From positions 64,001 to 128,000 of the IMG/VR virus record IMGVR_UViG_3300023184_000033: a stretch of 64,000 nt of DNA; one strand, written 5' to 3'. A model generated the notes under the pieces. It had not been told where the DNA came from and did no database searches. It saw nothing but the letters and a program-made list of their open reading frames with translations. The stretch is from a virus. Each line of letters begins with the position of its first letter. Positions within the stretch are counted from its first letter, which is position 1. The position numbers and the translations under genes were made by a program. This document shows positions 47,243-57,746 of the stretch, piece after piece.

Positions 47243-48610
47243 TTAGTATCCCAATACAAACTTAAATTGTTCTATTCCATCAACACTTCTTTGAATTCCA
47301 CTTCTGTTCTCTATATATGAAACATATCCTGAAAACGGTACGATATTTGGTTGATTATATAACAACAGTGTTCGAGCTGTTTTTGAATCTGTTCCAAAAA
47401 TTGGAGCATTCGTAACATTACTGCCTGATATATTTATAAGCTTAACCACGTTGGATGCTGGGTCAAAATCTAAAACTGTTGCAGTAAGTGTTGGATTTGT
47501 AATTTCACCTTGATATACAATTTCACCTAAATTAAACACACCAAATCCTGGTGCAACGTTTACGATTGTAGACAAGTCATAAATTGGATCAGAAGCTATA
47601 CCTGTAGGATCATCCAAAGCAGAAGGATTCACCAACATTCCTAATTGGTGATATGTAATATCTGTTGGCACATAACCACCTTCGGAACCATCAAACTCAC
47701 AGGTGAGCATAACGTTTGTGCAACCCAACTCAGGCACAGGATCATAACCGTGGCCACCTGGAGGTGAAATTGGTGCGTTTGCAGTTGCACCAGAGCCTAG
47801 AGTTGAGTTAATTGCAATATTTGCAAATGTGTATCCTACACCTGGATTTGTAACTGCAATATCAGTAACTTGGCCACCAGAAACAATTGCAGTTGCCGTT
47901 GCACCAACACCATCACCAGTTACAACTATAGAGATAGCTGCATTTGCGGGATCATATCCTGAACCAGGATTTGTTATATTAATAACTTCAATGTCACCTG
48001 CGCCAACATTATTTTTTGCGAATGAAAAACTTGATGCGCCCAAAGGAACAGGAAGCCAAGTTGTGTCTAAGAAATTGATTTTAGAACCCGAGTCGATGGT
48101 ATACATGAATTTCCATTTGTACAAATCGGCACCCTCATAGATTCCATTTGCACCATAAGTTCCAGGTTCAAAGTATGGTTCATATGTGGATAGTCCACCA
48201 TTATTGTTCCACAAACATTTGAAAACTTGGTCATAACGATTCTTAACATAAAATGTTTTGATTAAGTTGTCGTTTGAATCTAATCCAAACATCTCAACAT
48301 CGTCACGATAGTAATCATATACACGATTTGCATCCCAATCAACCCTACGGATCACTGGAGAGATATTGTTTGTGTTGATTTTTTTCATAACAAACATGTT
48401 CTTAAAGATATTTTTAAGAGATTTTTGTGTCTGAGTTGGTACTGGTGGATTTTCATTGTTCAACCAAGGATCAACTTGAGCTAAGAAACAATAGATAGTT
48501 GCCAGAGGAACGTTACTTGGTGGAACAACAGCTACAGGTGAATAGTACGTCTGTAGAACCTGAGAGGTCTTTGTTCCGTTTGTGAGTAGATTAGGATATT
48601 GTTGTGCCAT
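47243..48610 (-). CDS. gp8: Baseplate wedge subunit gp8-like
   Basis: VIRRVDW, FYV.N....VFKCL.N, YKWKFMYTI, ISPPGGHG and YIENR..I.R..D..E..K. Confidence 0.85.
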   Translation of the reverse strand: MAQQYPNLLTNGTKTSQVLQTYYSPVAVVPPSNVPLATIYCFLAQVDPWLNNENPPVPTQTQKSLKNIFKNMFVMKKINTNNISPVIRRVDWDANRVYDYYRDDVEMFGLDSNDNLIKTFYVKNRYDQVFKCLWNNNGGLSTYEPYFEPGTYGANGIYEGADLYKWKFMYTIDSGSKINFLDTTWLPVPLGASSFSFAKNNVGAGDIEVINITNPGSGYDPANAAISIVVTGDGVGATATAIVSGGQVTDIAVTNPGVGYTFANIAINSTLGSGATANAPISPPGGHGYDPVPELGCTNVMLTCEFDGSEGGYVPTDITYHQLGMLVNPSALDDPTGIASDPIYDLSTIVNVAPGFGVFNLGEIVYQGEITNPTLTATVLDFDPASNVVKLINISGSNVTNAPIFGTDSKTARTLLLYNQPNIVPFSGYVSYIENRSGIQRSVDGIEQFKFVLGY

Positions 48611-48625
48611 AGTCTTTATTTATCG

Positions 48626-50557
48626 TTACTTTGTAATGGATACAAAGGTATTTGCAAGTGTTCCATCCATACTCCAGTATTTTACATAGATGGTTGATGT
48701 GCCTGGAATATTATATGATGTTGAATTAACTGTTGAGTTGAGAGCAGAAACTCCGTGTGTGAATGTTTGGTTTGTGCCAGCAGTATTTGTAATCCATGCA
48801 TCAACGACTTTACCTGTTACAAAATTAGACAATGTAACTACTAAACCTGTTGCAGTCTGAGCACGAACGACAGAATTGTTTGCAAAGTCAATTGTAATTG
48901 CAGTCTGTGAACTTGGGTAAATGTTTGGTGTATAGATGAAACCTTTTTGTGGACTAACAGCACCACTAAATATTACAGAGTCTGCATTGAACGATGCGAC
49001 TTTTTGAATTGTATTTGAACCATTTGGTGTATTCCAGAATTCAATACGAGTTCCTCTTGCAGTATCACTAAATGACTCGCCTGCAACCAAGTCAATCTTT
49101 GTTGGTGATGATGATGGGAATTGTGTTCCAGTAAAACCATTACCAACAATACGCATCAGAACATCATTGTTTGCAACAGCTGCAGGTGCGGTAACAGAAC
49201 CACGACCCATACGACCAACTAAAACTGGGTAGGTATTTTGACCAAAACTATCCATAACAACACGTGTTACTGTGTTGGCTTTACCGGTCATCTGTAACAA
49301 GTAGTTTGTATTCGATGAAGCATAAGCTGAGTTTGCACCAGTAATTTGTACAAGTGCAACGTTAGGGTCAAAAGTACTATTGTTAAAGTCAACAAGTACT
49401 CCGTTGGTTACCAGATTTCCTGTTATAGCAAGGTCTTTGGTGATGTTTGTAGTACGATTAATAACCAAATTAGCTGTTGCAATCGATTGGCCAATAACCA
49501 TATCAACGTTGGTCAATGAAGAATAAATTGCATTGTTTGATAAAGTTAAGTTACCAATATTACCGGTATTACCAGTAACTGTACCAATAACTGTTACATT
49601 TCCCGGTGTTGTCAGAGTTCCTGTGCTATTAAATGTCCAATTATTGGATCCGAATCCAAGTAATAAAGTATAATTTTGAGTTGTAATTGTAGATATGGAA
49701 GGACTTGACGCTGGATTTGTTGTTGTAACTGTTAGAATATTGTTTACATTCATTGTTCCTGCTACGTTCAAATCGCCACCAAATGTGCCTGATGTGTTGG
49801 CCAATGCATTGTTTGCTTTATTGAACGCAGCCCATGCAGCATTGTTGGCCGTAGTTATGTTGGTATTCTGTGTTACATCAACACCAGTCTGATATACAAT
49901 ACTATTTGAATTGGTATTTGCTAATGTAAACGCAGCAACAGTATATGCAAGAGTTGCTGCAGCCGTATTCTGTACAGTACCATCATTAAATGTCAATGTC
50001 TTTCCGTTTACCAACCGCAAACCATCAGAAGTAACTTTTGCAATTACATTTGCAGAAGTACCGCCACCAGCAATGAAACGTGTTTCTGTATTTGATGACG
50101 TTGTACCAACAATCAAGTTACCACCAACAGCACCACTTGTATTACCTTGTACATACAGATAACCACTCATAGGTTCAATCGCCGTACCAATGTTATTGAA
50201 TTCAGAACCAGGAGCGTAATCCTTGTTTGCAAATCCCATATCAACAAAGTATGTTGAATCTGTACCTGTGTTTGCAGTAATCACGTGGTCAGCAGTACCA
50301 CCATTACTCAAATTAATAAAGTTGGTTTGCACGTAACTTTCACCTCGAAGTGCAAACTGTGCAACAGTATTTGGTAATGTGATAGCATTATTACCAACAT
50401 TCAGTACATTGTTTGCATAAAGACCGGCAGCAAGTGTTGTGGCTGTAAACTTACCTGTAATACCAGCTTGTGCATCAACAGCAACGAACACGGTGTTCGA
50501 TGTGTTAGCATTCAGCTGAGTTATTAAAGGTAATTGCGTAATCTTAATCGTTGACAT
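48626..50557 (-). CDS. Fibre-like structural protein
   Basis: N-terminal IKITQLP, N/T/G-rich beta repeats and an AWAAFNKAN helix. Confidence 0.6.
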   Translation of the reverse strand: MSTIKITQLPLITQLNANTSNTVFVAVDAQAGITGKFTATTLAAGLYANNVLNVGNNAITLPNTVAQFALRGESYVQTNFINLSNGGTADHVITANTGTDSTYFVDMGFANKDYAPGSEFNNIGTAIEPMSGYLYVQGNTSGAVGGNLIVGTTSSNTETRFIAGGGTSANVIAKVTSDGLRLVNGKTLTFNDGTVQNTAAATLAYTVAAFTLANTNSNSIVYQTGVDVTQNTNITTANNAAWAAFNKANNALANTSGTFGGDLNVAGTMNVNNILTVTTTNPASSPSISTITTQNYTLLLGFGSNNWTFNSTGTLTTPGNVTVIGTVTGNTGNIGNLTLSNNAIYSSLTNVDMVIGQSIATANLVINRTTNITKDLAITGNLVTNGVLVDFNNSTFDPNVALVQITGANSAYASSNTNYLLQMTGKANTVTRVVMDSFGQNTYPVLVGRMGRGSVTAPAAVANNDVLMRIVGNGFTGTQFPSSSPTKIDLVAGESFSDTARGTRIEFWNTPNGSNTIQKVASFNADSVIFSGAVSPQKGFIYTPNIYPSSQTAITIDFANNSVVRAQTATGLVVTLSNFVTGKVVDAWITNTAGTNQTFTHGVSALNSTVNSTSYNIPGTSTIYVKYWSMDGTLANTFVSITK

Positions 50558-50560
50558 TCT

Positions 50561-53470
50561 TTACTCCAGTATTAATATACTACCGTCTTCTGTTGTTAAT
50601 GAGAAACCATCTTCCGTTACTAATTCAGGAACGTATTCTAGTCCAATTGGTCCAATAATTCTTACACTCTTACCACTTGCTTGTATAGTTCTGTTGACTG
50701 AAACAAAAGAATTGGCAATATTAGAAGTTACATTTGCTGATGTGTATAAAATTCCATGTTCATAATCTACTGATGATACAGTATATGTGTTAGTTGAAAT
50801 CTTAATTAAATCACCAGCAAACACAATGTCTTTTAATGGGTATGCAGTATTACTGTAAACGCCATTGTTCATTACATTGTAAGAATTTGTAATTGCTCTG
50901 ATATTTATTATCTTAGTGTTGGCATTGGCCGACACATATGCAACATTTGAATATGTTAAGAATACACTATCTTTTAATGTGATTAGGTTGTTTGCATAAT
51001 CAACACCAATAACTTCAGACCTAACATTAGGTCCATGTGATGTTGACATGTAAAACACAGAGTTTGGTATTCCAGATTGATTTGTGAATATGAATGTTGC
51101 AATGTTTGCACCAGCCGTATTACTCAACAATACTTTGTTATTGCTGTGGTTTGTAAAGTTAGCCACAATTTTTGCAGCGCTTGCGGAGTCTCCAGTATAA
51201 TCTTGTAAGTGTACAGCTTTATATAAAGCATTTAGACCGGCAACTTTAATGTTTGTATTTGACCTTAATGCATAACGACCTCTGAGTTTTGTTCCAGCAG
51301 GATGCAATAAATTCAGTACAACGTTTCTATACTTTTCAATTTCTCTCTCAACTGTAATTTGATAAGTGAAGTCATTGTAAATATCACTTTCAAGTACATC
51401 AAACGAACTTGGTTGACCAGATGTGTCTAAGTATTGACCTTGACTGAACACCAATCCGTTTAAGAAAGATGCTTGTGCTAAAGCTGCACCATCACCATAG
51501 TTTTTAATACCAAATCCATTATAATCAGGACTTCCAATATAATATCTGTTTGCCTCAGCCGCAGTATTGGCCATTCTTAGATTGATATTTTTATTTTCAA
51601 TCACCAATGGCAATCTTGGATTTGGTTGTGAGTTGTAATTGAAAACCCGAATGTTATACAATGAATTGAATGTGTTTATATCACCATTTAATAATCTAAC
51701 CGAATCCACAAATCCGGAATATGATGTGGTCTTAGGAGAATTACCTTGATAGATAAAGTCGCCGGCTGAAGGCAACAAAAGAATGTCTGCATTTGACACT
51801 AAAATGTCCTGCACAGAAAGAGAAACATTTGGTGAAGAAACATAATCTTCACCATTATTAGTTAAGTTGATTGTTGTGACAGAACCAATCTTTTGTGTGG
51901 CCACAGAGAATGATGCACCAGCACCCAAGATACCCGGAACAAAAAGACTTGCGTTAGCAGCTTGTGTGTTACTAGAAACAACTGTTACTGTTGGTAAAAA
52001 TTCATTGTTGTAACCCATGCCACCCAATGGATAATTTTGTGGCCTTGCAGTATTACTTCGATAAACATAACGGACACCAGTAATCGAACCTGCTGAGTTT
52101 ACTGTGATGTTTGCTTGAGCGCCATATCCATTACCACCAGTAATTCTAATAACATCATTTGCACGATAACCACGGCCAGCATTTGCAATTTGTATTGGTG
52201 CAAGAATGCCTAGTTTATCTAAAAAGGCATCACCATTAATATCGGTTTTCTGAGTACTGTATGCAGTAACTTCTGGTAATTTTGAAATACCACCGCCACC
52301 ATTAATAACTGCAACAGAAGAAATGGGGAATGTTGAAAACGAAATAAAGTTTAATGTATTACCAATTGATGTGTTTGCATTTGACCATGCGGAGTTTACA
52401 AAGTTGTAATTGTTTGCATTGAGTACTACAGCCAATTTGCCATAAATTGAATCTGTTGGAAACATAAACACATTAGCTTGTGTATTTACATTTGGGTCAA
52501 CAGAATACACAATTGCATTTGCACCTGGAGCATTAGTAATTGTTAATTTTGTATACGGATACAAAGAATAACCAAAACCACCTTTAATTGTATTGATACC
52601 TGTAATCGCACCAGACGTTACGGTACCGATTTCAGCAGTAGCACCAATTGGTGTTTGAATATCAGGATTTAAACCACCATAAACAATTACGGGGTCACCA
52701 ACTTGATATAATGTGCCTCGATTAAGTGGAACACCTTTATCATTATTTTTTAAGTTAATTTGACTAACTTGACCTACAACTTTACTTGTAAGAATTGTTC
52801 CATTAATTAAAATATTTTGATTATTATTATCAACAATACGAATTGTTTCACCAGATTCGAACAGACGTTCGATGTTTGAAATAAAGACTTCAATTTTATT
52901 ACCAACTAAAATTGCATTTTCAATTGTTGCAATAGACTTGGATGTTTCACCAAAAACTCTTAGGTTTTTAGTTTGTAAGAATCTTAAATCACTTGTTGCA
53001 AGTTTAAGACTCTTTGCAACATACCATGTACCGGCCGATGCCCGTAAAATTGTATCACTTGTTTTGTAATATTCAAAATCAGAATTATATAAAACACGAA
53101 ACAAAAATTGATAGGATGCTGGCGTGCCTTTTGATTGATAGAGCTGTTTTGCAAATTTAACAGCTTTTTGTTGATTGACTAATGATTCTTTTGGAAAATA
53201 TGGTAAAAAATCATTTACATAGTAATCAATGAACGCATCAATTGTTGTGTCAATATCCTTATACTGTAAAAGATTTGAAGAACCAAAATTAGCACCTTGA
53301 CCGGTACTAACAGCTTCAGTAACTGCTGAATTGGCGGTGTTGGCTAACTCAAGCCATTCATAGTAGGCCTGAAGAAATACCTGAAAATTACTGTATTCGG
53401 GATTTTCTCTTACGAATTGAGGTAATTGATACGGTACAAGTAATGATGTTTTTTGTGTATTTGGTATCAT
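50561..53470 (-). CDS. gp7: Baseplate wedge protein gp7-like
   Basis: QLP.FVRE.....FLQAYYEWL, YQSKGT..SY.FLFR.LY and LLHPAG; adjacent to gp6. Confidence 0.75.
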   Translation of the reverse strand: MIPNTQKTSLLVPYQLPQFVRENPEYSNFQVFLQAYYEWLELANTANSAVTEAVSTGQGANFGSSNLLQYKDIDTTIDAFIDYYVNDFLPYFPKESLVNQQKAVKFAKQLYQSKGTPASYQFLFRVLYNSDFEYYKTSDTILRASAGTWYVAKSLKLATSDLRFLQTKNLRVFGETSKSIATIENAILVGNKIEVFISNIERLFESGETIRIVDNNNQNILINGTILTSKVVGQVSQINLKNNDKGVPLNRGTLYQVGDPVIVYGGLNPDIQTPIGATAEIGTVTSGAITGINTIKGGFGYSLYPYTKLTITNAPGANAIVYSVDPNVNTQANVFMFPTDSIYGKLAVVLNANNYNFVNSAWSNANTSIGNTLNFISFSTFPISSVAVINGGGGISKLPEVTAYSTQKTDINGDAFLDKLGILAPIQIANAGRGYRANDVIRITGGNGYGAQANITVNSAGSITGVRYVYRSNTARPQNYPLGGMGYNNEFLPTVTVVSSNTQAANASLFVPGILGAGASFSVATQKIGSVTTINLTNNGEDYVSSPNVSLSVQDILVSNADILLLPSAGDFIYQGNSPKTTSYSGFVDSVRLLNGDINTFNSLYNIRVFNYNSQPNPRLPLVIENKNINLRMANTAAEANRYYIGSPDYNGFGIKNYGDGAALAQASFLNGLVFSQGQYLDTSGQPSSFDVLESDIYNDFTYQITVEREIEKYRNVVLNLLHPAGTKLRGRYALRSNTNIKVAGLNALYKAVHLQDYTGDSASAAKIVANFTNHSNNKVLLSNTAGANIATFIFTNQSGIPNSVFYMSTSHGPNVRSEVIGVDYANNLITLKDSVFLTYSNVAYVSANANTKIINIRAITNSYNVMNNGVYSNTAYPLKDIVFAGDLIKISTNTYTVSSVDYEHGILYTSANVTSNIANSFVSVNRTIQASGKSVRIIGPIGLEYVPELVTEDGFSLTTEDGSILILE

Positions 53471-55548
53471 TGCTGAACTGTAAGGTTGACGGTTATTGCA
53501 CCTGGATCGTAAGGATCAATTGTTATCACTCGGTTGTATGATGAGGAAATAATACTTGACTTTGGTATTGCAGTTATAGTTAATTGCCCCAAAGGATTAT
53601 CAATTTGAATTGGATTGAAATCGTTTAGTGTTATAAGACCATTTGTATAATCAACTGTTCCCAAATTAGGATTCAAAATAGTTTTTGCTTTATCTTGATT
53701 GAAATAATAACTTTGAAGTTTACCAATTGCACCAGACAAATTAACTGTTACAGCACCAAGTTTACCTGTTGTGTCGTTTGCGACAGGAGTAATTATTGCA
53801 ACAGCAGAACTATAGTTTGTTCCTGGATTTAAAATATTGATTGCTGTAATCGAACCAACCGAATTAATAATTGCTTGCGCCGTTGCACCAATACCATCAC
53901 CAACAATATTTATTAGTGGTGGATATTGATAGCCAAAACCTGGATTGGATATTGTAATTGATTCCACACCAGCAACAATTGATGGCAATTCTTGTATATA
54001 AACTCCAGGAACAATTGTTGTTCCGGATACCAAGTCAAAGAATTGCATACTAGGTGAACTAGTAATACCACTCAAGTATACACCTTTTTGCAATGGTGTG
54101 CCGCAATATAATTTATATGTCTGTGAATTATTTAGAGTTGGTATAAACTTTTTCTGTATTGCAACATTCACCTCATTAGAAACGATAGATGGGTCTGAAT
54201 TTTGGATGGTTACAATCAAATCAGCCAAAGAAAATATTGAATTGAATGTGTTTAATGTTTTAGTGGAAAATGATTGAATTGCTGTGGCAATTTTATCTTT
54301 AATCTGATTGAATGACAATGTTGTTTTCTTAGAATTTATTACAACATTTGCGGTAATCTTTAAGAATGTGTAATCTGGATCAACAATTGTTGGCGACACC
54401 GTTATCATTGATATTGGACGAATCAATTCTTTAACGATTCGACTTTTTTGTATATCAGTTAAAATTAATGAACCGGTCGGTTTCATTGATACAAATACTT
54501 GGCCATATACGGGCGGAATGTTTTCTTCACCACCCCATACATTCACCGCATCAAATGAAAAACCTAGTTTGTTTTGTTGAATTGCAGTAATGTAATCTTC
54601 TGTTGTTACTGCCCGCCCTTGAGCTGCATAAGATTTGGGTGCTTGGAATTTAATAGAATCTATGGTTTCTTTGCTACCGCCAGTAGTTGCTGAATTGATA
54701 GGATACACAACGTTGTTGGAATATCCATTAACAGAATTCATCAACACAAAACTATTAGCTCCAGCCCCAGCAACACCTTTTGTAACAATATATTGAATTA
54801 CAACAACGTTTCCATTAAATAATTTTTTACCTAGAATACCGTCACCAAAACTAATTCGATATTTTTGATCTGTTCCTTCTTCTAAGAAGAAAACTTTTGA
54901 TTCACCAGATAGTTGCAAATAATTTTTTGCTTCAGTAAAAACTTCTGAAGAGCTATTTGAACTGGATGTTCTAATAGTAACTTTAATTGTTGTTGTATCA
55001 ATACCATCATCAGGTATTCTAATGACAAAATTTGGATTTTCTATCGAATCTTGAACGGTATAGTTTACTGTGACTGGTGTTCCCTGTTTAATATAAACAT
55101 CCGAGAACATTGCAGTATTATTACTTACGGGAACGGTACGTGAATCTATTGTAACAAACCTATAATTGATACCATCAATCGCTTCAGATAAAAATGTTGT
55201 ATATGCAGGTAAAGTTAATGCTGTATCTACAACACCATTAATCTTTAAATTGATTTTTGCCGTAGCTGCAGTTTCAGATTTTGGTGTATAATTTAATAAT
55301 TTTGCATGTGAAACAACAGAACCTCTTTGCACCGCAGAGTCCAAAAACATCTCATTTGCAACCATATTCAAGTAAAAAGCATTGTATTGTGTATTGTATG
55401 CAAGAACATCCAACAAAGTAGAAAGTGCGGCACCTTCATAGTTGTAATCTTTTAGTGTATCTTGAGACTTCAAAAAAGTCTTTAAATTATTTTTTATATT
55501 ATTGAAATCCAAATCTGTAATTTGGATATTTGAATTAAGGCCTGCCAT
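53467..55548 (-). CDS. gp6: Baseplate wedge subunit gp6
   Basis: LDFNNIK, DYNYEG, LAYNT.YNA.Y.NM.ANE.FLDSA, FGDG.LGK, Q.RAVT.EDY and WGGEEN. Confidence 0.95.
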   Translation of the reverse strand: MAGLNSNIQITDLDFNNIKNNLKTFLKSQDTLKDYNYEGAALSTLLDVLAYNTQYNAFYLNMVANEMFLDSAVQRGSVVSHAKLLNYTPKSETAATAKINLKINGVVDTALTLPAYTTFLSEAIDGINYRFVTIDSRTVPVSNNTAMFSDVYIKQGTPVTVNYTVQDSIENPNFVIRIPDDGIDTTTIKVTIRTSSSNSSSEVFTEAKNYLQLSGESKVFFLEEGTDQKYRISFGDGILGKKLFNGNVVVIQYIVTKGVAGAGANSFVLMNSVNGYSNNVVYPINSATTGGSKETIDSIKFQAPKSYAAQGRAVTTEDYITAIQQNKLGFSFDAVNVWGGEENIPPVYGQVFVSMKPTGSLILTDIQKSRIVKELIRPISMITVSPTIVDPDYTFLKITANVVINSKKTTLSFNQIKDKIATAIQSFSTKTLNTFNSIFSLADLIVTIQNSDPSIVSNEVNVAIQKKFIPTLNNSQTYKLYCGTPLQKGVYLSGITSSPSMQFFDLVSGTTIVPGVYIQELPSIVAGVESITISNPGFGYQYPPLINIVGDGIGATAQAIINSVGSITAINILNPGTNYSSAVAIITPVANDTTGKLGAVTVNLSGAIGKLQSYYFNQDKAKTILNPNLGTVDYTNGLITLNDFNPIQIDNPLGQLTITAIPKSSIISSSYNRVITIDPYDPGAITVNLTVQQ

Positions 55549-55549
55549 G

Positions 55550-55945
55550 TTATCTGTTTCTCTCTAATATAAGGTTTACTGTTGTTGGAGTTGTTGCATT
55601 TTCAATATAAAATGATATAGAAACTTCATATGCATGGTCATCAGGCATTGCCTTAACAGAAACATAATTTAAATTAGCTCTTCTTTCAAAATTACCAATT
55701 ACATTCTTAATTTCATTTTCAATACTAGACGCAGTTAAAGGCGTTGAATTTTCAAATAATAACATATCCAAATTCGAACCAATTGCTGGATTGAATAATT
55801 TCTCATAGTGTTTTGTCAATAAGAGGTTTCGTATTGAACGAACTACCGCTTGAGAATCGTAACTAATGGCAATATCACCTATCACCGGTCTCTTGGTGAA
55901 GGTGAAATCTATGTCCGAGTATATTTTTTTAAGAGTATCTGCCAT
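55550..55945 (-). CDS. gp25: Baseplate wedge subunit gp25
   Basis: YSDIDF.F, AV.RSIRNL.LT...E..F.P..GS and LER.R. Confidence 0.92.
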   Translation of the reverse strand: MADTLKKIYSDIDFTFTKRPVIGDIAISYDSQAVVRSIRNLLLTKHYEKLFNPAIGSNLDMLLFENSTPLTASSIENEIKNVIGNFERRANLNYVSVKAMPDDHAYEVSISFYIENATTPTTVNLILERNR

Positions 55946-55952
55946 TTTCTAT

Positions 55953-56807
55953 TTATGAGTTTATTCTAGACTTTATCTTATCGGTACCTAACACTTCATT
56001 TAACAAATATTTTTCAGTCTCTCCGGAACTGGAAAAACTTCTCATTTCATTAAATCTATTCACCATGCTCTTAACATTTGTGAAAAATGCAATATCATGT
56101 CCTTGTCTTTCAATCATAAATGCATTTAGTTCATTTAATTTTGATGTTATTCCTGTGATTGCGCCTGTTGGATCACTATTAGCTGCAATAATCGTATTCA
56201 CCTTAGTCAATATTGAGGTAACATTACTTGCATAATCCTTAAATTGTGGTACAACCAGAAGGCTGGTCAATGAACCTAAAATTGGAGAGTTGTCCACAAT
56301 ACCATCAGTTTGATTTGTGATGTAGATGGCTTGTTTACCATAAGCCGTTAAGGTTTTATAGTAGGGATTGATGTGTGTATCTTCCTGACCTTCCATTGGA
56401 GTTACACCAGAAACTTTATTTGTGTGGAAAATCATATTATTTGCAGCAATTGTTATATTATTCGCTGCGGTTTTAATACCAATCAAGCTTGGTCCAAAAT
56501 AAGACGGCGGCAATGGTTCATCAGTCATAACATTCGTACCGGCCGAGGTCATTGCAACACCAATTTTCTGAATAATTGTATTTGATGTTGATATAATTGT
56601 ATTAAGATATGCAACGACCGGATTTTGGTAATAACCACCAACATCATTATTTTTTAAGTCTGTTGCTTGCCACTCATTGATAATTGGAGGAAATTGTTGT
56701 AAATTTGCTTGTGTATTTGCAGAAAATTCTTGAACTGTTCCATTTGGATCATTAAAATTGAAACCTAATGTTGCGTATACGCCTGATGCATTATTAATTA
56801 AAGCCAT
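55953..56807 (-). CDS. Hypothetical protein in the baseplate cluster
   Basis: 284-aa ORF; no family recognised. Confidence 0.7.
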   Translation of the reverse strand: MALINNASGVYATLGFNFNDPNGTVQEFSANTQANLQQFPPIINEWQATDLKNNDVGGYYQNPVVAYLNTIISTSNTIIQKIGVAMTSAGTNVMTDEPLPPSYFGPSLIGIKTAANNITIAANNMIFHTNKVSGVTPMEGQEDTHINPYYKTLTAYGKQAIYITNQTDGIVDNSPILGSLTSLLVVPQFKDYASNVTSILTKVNTIIAANSDPTGAITGITSKLNELNAFMIERQGHDIAFFTNVKSMVNRFNEMRSFSSSGETEKYLLNEVLGTDKIKSRINS

Positions 56808-56817
56808 AATATTTTCC

Positions 56818-57744
56818 TTAAATCATTGGTAATAAAGTTGAACTAGTTGGAAAACCTTTATTTCCAATATGAGCGTGTGCATTAAAAATACCTGTGTTTA
56901 CTTCATCTGTCATCCAAACTGCGTCCATAAGACCGGTTTTCACCATCACAGGAAAATTTCCTAGTGGTGAATTAACCGCAAGTAATGCATTAACGGACAT
57001 CACCGCATTAACAGACATCAATGTGCTAATTGGTAACATTGCAAAAATGCTACCCATACAGGTGATTGATCCTGGTGTAGCTACAGGTGTTAGTGGTGTT
57101 GGAAAACCAAGACTCAGACCACCTAATGCGGAAGTGAATCCATAAGGTCCTGCGACAACTCCCATGCCTGCATTAACACGTGATTCAGCGGTAATCGTGT
57201 CACAAGAAATAGAACCACCAACATCTAGATCCGCACCAACGTACACATTATCAGATGCATTAATTCTTACTGAACCACCAAAAGTTTCATTGGCTGAAAT
57301 AATAACATCGTCATCACCATTAACCCATATCTCACCACTAGCTCTAAGATTATATTCACCTTTTACATAAAGATTATAATCACCAAGAACTTGATGGTTG
57401 AAATCACCAGTAACATCTAAGTTACAATCACCTTTAACTGTAATATTGCAATGTCCGGTTACTTCAACGTTTTTGTTACCTGCAATAATTTCATAACCAT
57501 TTCCTAGAATTTTAATGGTATTGTCACCCAGAGCATTAAACTCCATGAATGAACCAATTCTATGTTGCAAACGAATACGTTCAGCTCCAGGAGTGTCATC
57601 CATTTCAAATGAATGACCAGATTCAGTTTGTGTTACATGGTTATAAGGAAAAAGTGGTGGATTATCTACTGTTGGACCTTCAGGTTCTGTCCATAAACCA
57701 GGAGCTTCCGCTGGAGGTGAATTGATGTCGGATTCGTTTGCCAT
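56818..57744 (-). CDS. gp5: Baseplate spike gp5, C-terminal beta-helix part
   Basis: PYNHV.QTESGH.FE.DDTPGAERI...H..G, V.G repeats and terminal HAH. Confidence 0.85.
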   Translation of the reverse strand: MANESDINSPPAEAPGLWTEPEGPTVDNPPLFPYNHVTQTESGHSFEMDDTPGAERIRLQHRIGSFMEFNALGDNTIKILGNGYEIIAGNKNVEVTGHCNITVKGDCNLDVTGDFNHQVLGDYNLYVKGEYNLRASGEIWVNGDDDVIISANETFGGSVRINASDNVYVGADLDVGGSISCDTITAESRVNAGMGVVAGPYGFTSALGGLSLGFPTPLTPVATPGSITCMGSIFAMLPISTLMSVNAVMSVNALLAVNSPLGNFPVMVKTGLMDAVWMTDEVNTGIFNAHAHIGNKGFPTSSTLLPMI

Positions 57745-57746
57745 TT

